From the NCBI GenBank assembly GCA_042217695.1, contig JBDGSE010000034.1, forward strand, positions 1 to 12,841: a stretch of DNA of 12,841 bases, written 5' to 3'. The translations under genes were made by a program, and so were the position numbers. The notes below the pieces were generated by a model. It had not been told where the DNA came from, did no database searches, and worked only from the letters and a program-made list of their open reading frames with translations. Of the stretch, positions 8,192 to 12,841 are shown one piece after another (the first letter of the stretch is position 1; each line of letters starts with the position of its first letter). The DNA is from Candidatus Nanohaloarchaea archaeon (lineage in GTDB: Archaea; Nanohalarchaeota; Nanosalinia; Nanosalinales; Nanosalinaceae).

Positions 8192-9502
8192 TTAAGGCGT
8201 CAACCTGTCCGGAGTCCGTGGGAACAGGATGGCCTCTTTGATGTTGTCCAGGTCTGCTATCTGCTTCACCAGCCGGTCGATTCCCAGACCGTACCCGCCG
8301 TGGGGAGGCATGCCGAACTTGAAAGCCTCCAGGTAGAACTCGAAGTTCTCCGGGTCGGCGCCCTGTTCCTTCAGCTTCCTCATCAACGTCTCGAAGTCGT
8401 GCTCTCTCTGACCTCCAGAGGCGAGTTCCAGACCCTTGTAGATCAGATCGTAGCGCCTGGACTGCACGTCGTCCCCGGGTTCCGCACCCTTGTAGTAGAA
8501 CTTCTCGTTGGGGTACCCGACGACGAAGAACGCAGGGTGTCCCTCTTCCTCGAAGTACTCCCCCAGGAGTCTCTCGCCCTTGGTGTCGAGGTCGTCGTCC
8601 TCCTCGGGGACATGGTCGAACTCCTGTTTCAGAAGTTCTCTTGCCCGTTCAAAACTTATACGCGGGAAGTCCTCCTCAGGTACTTCCAGGTCGACGTCCA
8701 TTACATCAAGTTCTTCCGCGGCACGCTCCTGGAGCTTTTCCAGTGTGTACCGCAGGGATTCCTCCTGGACATCCATCACGTCGTTGTGGTCGTCGATGAA
8801 TGCGAGTTCTACGTCGAACATGGAGATCTCGGAGACGTGCCGAGAGGTGGCGAACTCCTCCGCCCGGAACGCGGTACCTGTCTCATAGACCTTGTCGAAT
8901 CCGGCGGCCATCAGCATCTGCTTGTACAGCTGTGGGGACTGTGAAAGGAAAGCTTCCTCGCCGTAGTAAACCACCGGGAACAGTTCAGCGCCTCCCTCGG
9001 CGCCGCCTTTCGAGATCAGCGGGGTCTGTATCCGGATGAATTCCTCCTGGTCGAACCATTCCTCCATCGCCTCCACGATGTGTGACTTCATTGAGAAAAT
9101 GGCGTGGATTTCAGGCTTCCTCAGGTCCATGAACCGGTTGTCCAGCCGGGTGGAAAGGTCGGAGTCGATATCCTTTGATACGTCCATGGGCAGAGGAGAC
9201 TCAGCCTCGCTTACAATCTCCAGTTTTTCCGGCATTATTTCGCGGTCTCCAGGTGCCTGATCGGTCTTCTTTACTTTTCCCTTGACATACACGACGTCCT
9301 CCTTCCCGATGTCCTGTGCATTATTGAAGAGATCCTCGTTCTCGTCCTCCTTGAATGTTACTTGGATTTGGCCTTTTCTGTCGCGAAGGATGACAAAGGT
9401 GAGCCCGCCGAGGTCCCGTATCTCGTGGACCCATCCCGCCACGGAGACATCTTCGCCGTCCATGTCGGGAGTGATTCTGTGCGTGTATGTTCTGTCCATC
9501 AT
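8192..9502 (-). CDS. aspS: Aspartate--tRNA ligase, archaeal type, probably non-discriminating (Asp/Asn)
   Basis: OB fold [38 protein letters not shown], motif 2 [18 protein letters not shown], motif 3 [17 protein letters not shown]. Start placed at ATG 9502 (or 9499) instead of TTG 9511. Confidence 0.96.
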   Translation of the reverse strand: MMDRTYTHRITPDMDGEDVSVAGWVHEIRDLGGLTFVILRDRKGQIQVTFKEDENEDLFNNAQDIGKEDVVYVKGKVKKTDQAPGDREIMPEKLEIVSEAESPLPMDVSKDIDSDLSTRLDNRFMDLRKPEIHAIFSMKSHIVEAMEEWFDQEEFIRIQTPLISKGGAEGGAELFPVVYYGEEAFLSQSPQLYKQMLMAAGFDKVYETGTAFRAEEFATSRHVSEISMFDVELAFIDDHNDVMDVQEESLRYTLEKLQERAAEELDVMDVDLEVPEEDFPRISFERARELLKQEFDHVPEEDDDLDTKGERLLGEYFEEEGHPAFFVVGYPNEKFYYKGAEPGDDVQSRRYDLIYKGLELASGGQREHDFETLMRKLKEQGADPENFEFYLEAFKFGMPPHGGYGLGIDRLVKQIADLDNIKEAILFPRTPDRLTP

Positions 9503-9547
9503 TTTGACCAACAGAATACGTTACAGGCTCTATTTTTTTATGAGCTT

Positions 9548-10117
9548 CTACAGAGTCGAGAAAACTATCGCCGCGGCTAACACCGGAACCAGGAATCCGA
9601 GCGCCACCTGGACTGGGGTGTGGTGGTCCAGTTTTATCCGCGACCATCCAACCGCCGCTGCAGCTATACCTGTCGCGAGCCCGGCCACAGGTTCAACACT
9701 GTAAATCATCGATGTGGCCCCGGCTATAACGCCGGCGTGGAGACTTATCTTCGTCCTGAGGTTTACAACCGCTCCTGCCAGACCTGCGATAATCCCTGTT
9801 TCCATACTCTCCAGAAGTATGGCGGGGCCTCCCAGATGCTCGAGCAGAACTATAGCCCCGGCCATACATAGCAGCCCGAAGAGGTAGAGCCGGTTCCGTG
9901 GCGCCCGCTCATCCGTGTCGAGCCCTCGATAACGCTCCAGGTAACTGACTGTCAAAAGCAAGGGGAGCACTACCGCTGCGGCTGTAACCGAGACCCATTT
10001 CAACGCCGCAGGGAACGGGTGCCCCGAGAGCGCAAGTATGATAAGGCCTGCAGGCACCGGGACAGCGAGAGGATGCAGAACAGTAGAGAAAAACGCCGCC
10101 ACTCTATCCCGATTCAT
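9548..10117 (-). CDS. PAP2-superfamily-like membrane protein
   Basis: Multiple TM segments; KISLHAG (C2-like) and WSRIKLDHHTPVQV (C3 SRx5Hx3Q). Start chosen at ATG 10117 because an AT-rich box lies about 25 nt upstream; ATG 10162 is the alternative. Confidence 0.75.
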   Translation of the reverse strand: MNRDRVAAFFSTVLHPLAVPVPAGLIILALSGHPFPAALKWVSVTAAAVVLPLLLTVSYLERYRGLDTDERAPRNRLYLFGLLCMAGAIVLLEHLGGPAILLESMETGIIAGLAGAVVNLRTKISLHAGVIAGATSMIYSVEPVAGLATGIAAAAVGWSRIKLDHHTPVQVALGFLVPVLAAAIVFSTL

Positions 10118-10201
10118 AAACCCTGTTTTGTCCACGGGTTTTAATTCTTGAGGGGCAGCCATTTAACTCTCCGGAGTTCCAGAGAAATTAGACTGTTTTA
10201 C

Positions 10202-10269
10202 GGTGATGATGAGGACAGACATCGTCTGACTGGGAAACCAGGGTGATGACAGGTGAACACCTCTGAACC
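10202..10269 (+). ncRNA. Box C/D guide sRNA (2'-O-methylation guide)
   Basis: Box C ATGATGA (10206-10212), D' CTGA (10226-10229), C' GTGATGA (10243-10249), D CTGA (10263-10266); two 13-nt spacers; terminal stem GGT/ACC and internal CTGG-GAAA-CCAG stem give two canonical K-turns; intergenic, followed by a T-tract. Confidence 0.88.
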
Positions 10270-10272
10270 CTG

Positions 10273-10277
10273 TTTTT
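10273..10277 (+). terminator. Oligo-T terminator of the C/D sRNA
   Basis: TTTTT immediately after the terminal stem. Confidence 0.5.
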
Positions 10278-10320
10278 CGGTTCCGGTTATTTTTAATAAG
10301 CGGGAGACCGATTCTTAGTT

Positions 10321-10659
10321 ATGGCCACGGAAGAGGATCAACTTTACGTCAAGCTGGAAGGATACGAACACCTGCTGGACAATCTGGACAGGATAGAGAT
10401 GATAATGGAGAGCATAGAGGAATCGCTGGAAGTGCTCGACGACATAAGGGAACTGAAGACAGACACGCTGGAGACCATTTACGACAACGTCGACCAGCTC
10501 AACCAGAAACTTGACGAAGTCGGTGGAGGGATGCCGCAACTTGAAGAAGGCGACCGCCAGCTATCTGTTTCAGAACCGGAAGATGTTGAGATAGATGACT
10601 CGGTGCAGGAGCTACGGTCGGAACTGGACTCTCTCAGAGACGAGCTTTCGAACGTCTAG
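10321..10659 (+). CDS. Acidic coiled-coil hypothetical protein
   Basis: ATG start with TTTTTAAT box about 25-30 nt upstream; host-like acidic composition; short beta motif LYVKLEGY followed by heptad repeats and a C-terminal heptad segment. Confidence 0.8.
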   Translation: MATEEDQLYVKLEGYEHLLDNLDRIEMIMESIEESLEVLDDIRELKTDTLETIYDNVDQLNQKLDEVGGGMPQLEEGDRQLSVSEPEDVEIDDSVQELRSELDSLRDELSNV

Positions 10660-10865
10660 AGTTCCTCTCTGTCCAGCGAAACCCGCCGGATATCCCGTCC
10701 AAGCAGAGTTTTCCGGTCATTCTCTCTGGCTTTCTCGGCTGCCTCATCGAGTATCGATGCACCCTTCTCCTCCAGCACGTTTTCCAGTACATCCTCCACG
10801 TCCTCATCGGTTTCCAGGTCCTTTACTTCCGCGGCATCCATCAGATCATGTAAGGAGAACTCCAT
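10656..10865 (-). CDS. Divergent acidic archaeal histone-fold protein
   Basis: 69 aa; long helix (EDVEDVLENVLEEKGASILDEAAEKA) followed by RKTLLGRDI, matching the histone L2-alpha3 RKTxxxxD signature; ATG 10865 with TATTAAA (- strand) about 25-30 nt upstream. Confidence 0.72.
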   Translation of the reverse strand: MEFSLHDLMDAAEVKDLETDEDVEDVLENVLEEKGASILDEAAEKARENDRKTLLGRDIRRVSLDREEL

Positions 10866-10974
10866 CGCAGGCAAAAAATCGAGGCCCAGTTTAATAGTTC
10901 TTTCCGACGCAGGTATTAACTATCGCGGCCAGGAGGGGATGCAGGAAAGCCTCTCGGGCCATCGCGGAACAGAT

Positions 10975-11100
10975 GCCGGGGATCGAAACTCTTGCGAGTT
11001 TCTCGATCCCGCCGCTAGACAGACACCAGGGTAGCCAAGTTAACTCTTGCCAACCACGCAAATCGCAGATGTGCTGGAGCTGAAGACCTTAAAGGTCTTC
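10975..11100. repeat. Hairpin array with partial copies of the tRNA-Leu 5' end
   Basis: GCCGGGG at 10975 runs into a GGGATC-GAAACTC/GAGTTTC-GATCCC hairpin (10979-11010); ACCAGGGTAGCCAAGT (11025-11040) is 14/16 identical to tRNA nt 1-16; perfect palindrome GAAGACCT-TAA-AGGTCTTC (11082-11100). Confidence 0.7.
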
Positions 11101-11127
11101 AACCTCGTTAATCCAGTAGGCAAGTAT

Positions 11128-11318
11128 GCCGGGGTAGCCAAGTGGCCAAAGGCGACGGACTCAAGACACCGCTTCCTTGAAGGGGGCGGTCAGAGAAGCA
11201 AGCAATCGCGAGCTTGGATACGCATCTTCCTCTGTGAAGATGCTTGACTGGCTTTCCCGTGGAAAGCTGAGATATCCGTTCCCGCAGGGGTTCGCCGGTT
11301 CAAATCCGGTCCCCGGCA
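11128..11318 (+). tRNA. tRNA-Leu (CAA) with intron at 37/38; CCA not encoded
   Basis: Exon 1 11128-11165 GCCGGGG TA GCC AAGTGGCCAAA GGC G ACGGA CTCAAG; exon 2 11274-11318 A TCCGT long variable arm (CCC GCA GGG) GCCGG TTCAAAT CCGGT CCCCGGC A. Perfect acceptor stem, A73. Confidence 0.95.
11166..11273 (+). other. 108-nt archaeal tRNA intron with BHB-type splice motif
   Basis: Central helix CTCA (11160-11163)/TGAG (11268-11271) with 3-nt segments AG|A and AT|A; cleavage restores the 7-nt loop CTCAAGA. Confidence 0.9.
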
Positions 11319-11377
11319 TTTAACCGGCAACCGAAAATCTCCGATTTTCTAGAGCGGGCTTCTCGCCGAGAAGCCAT

Positions 11378-11399
11378 GGTTCAAATCTCCGCCCCGGCA
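11378..11399 (+). repeat. Degenerate copy of a tRNA-Leu-like 3' end (att-like)
   Basis: GGTTCAAATCTCCGCCCCGGCA vs tRNA 11297-11318 GGTTCAAATCCGGTCCCCGGCA, 18/22 identical, 81 bp downstream. Confidence 0.8.
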
Positions 11400-11558
11400 C
11401 CTTTTTCCTGCGCGAGATTTGTTGTCAGAAGTTCCCTTTCCTGTGAGCTCCGGGCCCGATCCGGAATTGCCCAGGTTTTCTCTGTTCAATGGGCAGAGTG
11501 TGGAGGATTCCACGGTTTCCTGCTAACTTTTAAATTCAGATGTTTCTAAGGGGTACCT

Positions 11559-11882
11559 ATGGCATCTAAAAAGTCAAGATTTGGTGAAGCTCTCGGTAAT
11601 TACAGTCTGGCGGCTATTGCTGGAGGTCTGCTTCTTGCAGTATCTAATGTGTTGCTGGTCTTTGTATTGCCTGGCGTTGCTGCATTAATGACCTCTCTTG
11701 GAGGTAAAGCACTTGCATTGATTGGAGCTCTGGCCTTAGTCCTGGTCTATCTTCTGAAAAACGTGGTCAGGGACGCTCATGACCTAGAGACCGGCCTTGA
11801 AATATTTGCGGCAATCCTGCCCTTTGTAATAAGTCCGGTGCTGGGGGTTGTAATCGGTCTATACCTAGAGAAATTCGGTTGA
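11559..11882 (+). CDS. Small hypothetical membrane protein (3 TM)
   Basis: Three hydrophobic segments; ATG with TTTTAAA box about 25-31 nt upstream; visibly more T-ending codons than the neighbouring housekeeping genes. Confidence 0.7.
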   Translation: MASKKSRFGEALGNYSLAAIAGGLLLAVSNVLLVFVLPGVAALMTSLGGKALALIGALALVLVYLLKNVVRDAHDLETGLEIFAAILPFVISPVLGVVIGLYLEKFG

Positions 11883-11895
11883 CCCAGTTATCTGT

Positions 11896-12249
11896 TCAGA
11901 AACGGATGCTTCTCCTGCGATCCGCCTGTGAGGGCTGTGGGCTCACGATTTCGTAGTCCTGGTCGCGGACTTCTGCGAACTTGCCGCACTGCGGACACCG
12001 GATGTACCCGGAGTGTTCCCCCTGTATCTCCTCTTCGTATCCGCAGCCGCATACCGCCTTCGAGTTCATTCCCTGGATGTCGAGATCCAGGTGTTCGAGA
12101 ATCGTGCCGCGGGTAAAATGGCTGAAGAGCTGCTCGAACTTCTCCGGCTCGCAGAGGTTCTCGTTAACCTTTATCTCTGCTGTACCGTTCGTAGAAAGGG
12201 CGGAGAGATCCGCCATCACGTTTATCAGGGTATTACCGAGCTTCTGCAT
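11896..12249 (-). CDS. HypA-like zinc-ribbon protein (degenerate)
   Basis: HypA-like layout: N-helix, EIKV, EPEKFEQLF..FTRGTILE..DLDI, CGCG..CPQCG zinc site; GAGG SD upstream. N-terminal MHE motif replaced by MQK. Confidence 0.7.
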   Translation of the reverse strand: MQKLGNTLINVMADLSALSTNGTAEIKVNENLCEPEKFEQLFSHFTRGTILEHLDLDIQGMNSKAVCGCGYEEEIQGEHSGYIRCPQCGKFAEVRDQDYEIVSPQPSQADRRRSIRF

Positions 12250-12563
12250 AGTCGCTGTTTCCTCGCGGTCATTTTTCCCCTACCCCTGCAAAACTCCATA
12301 GCATTATTCCATTCAAGAAGCTTTATTTAAGTTTGTGGATGCCGCCGAGAAACACCGGGATTGTTCATCAGCCCGCTGTAAATCTTTTTGACAGGGTTAG
12401 AAATCTCTGGCAGCTACCGGAAAACTCCGAGCTACTTTGAAACGCTTTTGAATGCTCCAGAACTCTTCCCCGAGGTTATAAAGTTATTTCCGTCCTTTGA
12501 TGTGCTTTTAGAGGTTTTTAATCAGGTTTCAGTCCAAAGAAAACGCTGCCCGGTGTTTTACAG

Positions 12564-12730
12564 CTCAAGAAGTCTTGAGTTCAACTCTTTGTCCAGAACC
12601 AAGGAACGAATTTCACGGCTATGCCGGGTCCTGCCCGGCGACCAGCGCAGCTGGTCATTGCGTACTATCAGCGTAACGATAGCGGGGCGTGGATTGTGAA
12701 CGAAACGGCAGTCGATCCGTTTCAGCGATC
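12564..12730. repeat. Hairpin array downstream of tRNA-iMet
   Basis: CTCAAGA/TCTTGAG (12564-12579), GCCGGG/CCCGGC (12623-12639), GACCAGC/GCTGGTC (12640-12656), CTATC/GATAG (12665-12682), GAAACGG/CCGTTTC (12702-12723). Confidence 0.75.
12680..12701 (-). repeat. Direct repeat of the tRNA-iMet 3' end (att-like)
   Basis: + strand TAGCGGGGCGTGGATTGTGAAC vs tRNA 12789-12809 TAGCGGGGCGTGGATT-TGAAC: identical except one inserted G; 109 bp apart. Confidence 0.9.
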
Positions 12731-12788
12731 TTTGAGGCACTTTTTGTAGAACTTATACTTTTTGTGCCGTTTGAACAAAAAGCACAGT

Positions 12789-12841
12789 TAGCGGGGCGTG
12801 GATTTGAACCACGGACCTCCGGGTTATGAGCCCGACGAGCA
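12789..12841 (-). tRNA. Initiator tRNA-Met (CAT), 3' part; 5' end lies beyond the window edge
   Basis: Reverse complement ...TCGGG CTCATAA CCCGG AGGTC CGTGG TTCAAAT CCACG CCCCGCT A: CAT anticodon, three consecutive G-C pairs in the anticodon stem, U72/A73 as in archaeal initiators. Confidence 0.92.

Noticed and set aside
2083..9704. Many antisense or alternate-frame ORFs (e.g. 2484..3041, 5848..6279, 7087..7740, 8165..8944)
   Set aside because: Ser/Phe/Leu-rich shadows of Glu/Lys-rich genes (rqcH, scpA/B, smc, aspS) with no motifs.
11047..11247. 66-aa ORF crossing tRNA-Leu and its intron
   Set aside because: Overlaps the tRNA exon, has a TTG start and no motif; too short for a homing endonuclease.
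11177..11270. Possible box C/D guide within the tRNA-Leu intron (TTGAAGG, CAGA, GTGAAGA, CTGA)
   Set aside because: Boxes are degenerate, buried in hairpins and wrongly spaced; the CTGA is explained by the splice-motif helix.
12388..12740. ORFs 12388..12699 (+) and 12558..12740 (-)
   Set aside because: Non-ATG starts, non-acidic, and they cross the hairpin array and tRNA-end repeat.

Overview
Compact archaeal chromosome segment with a strongly acidic (D/E-rich) proteome and mostly leaderless genes with TATA-like boxes about 25-30 nt upstream of the start. Because scpB is present (generally absent from Halobacteria), I infer a nanohaloarchaeon (DPANN). Housekeeping genes: LMW-PTP/ArsC-fold phosphatase, HD hydrolase, Rqc2/RqcH, scpB, scpA, an unusually short (841 aa) but motif-complete Smc, a non-discriminating-type AspRS, a PAP2-like membrane protein, a divergent acidic histone-fold protein and a HypA-like protein lacking its Ni ligand. 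Two paralogous PsiE-like membrane genes split smc from scpA. RNA genes missed by the ORF track: partial tRNA-Pro(GGG) with C33, tRNA-Leu(CAA) with a 108-nt intron at 37/38, partial initiator tRNA-Met, and a clean box C/D sRNA. The most striking unexplained signal is that all three tRNA loci are flanked by arrays of back-to-back short hairpins, and the tRNA-Leu intron is built of them. Some hairpin modules recur between loci, and two loci carry short duplicated tRNA ends 81-109 bp away. This suggests a tRNA-targeted palindromic micro-element or att-scar system that may also build tRNA introns (hypothesis).
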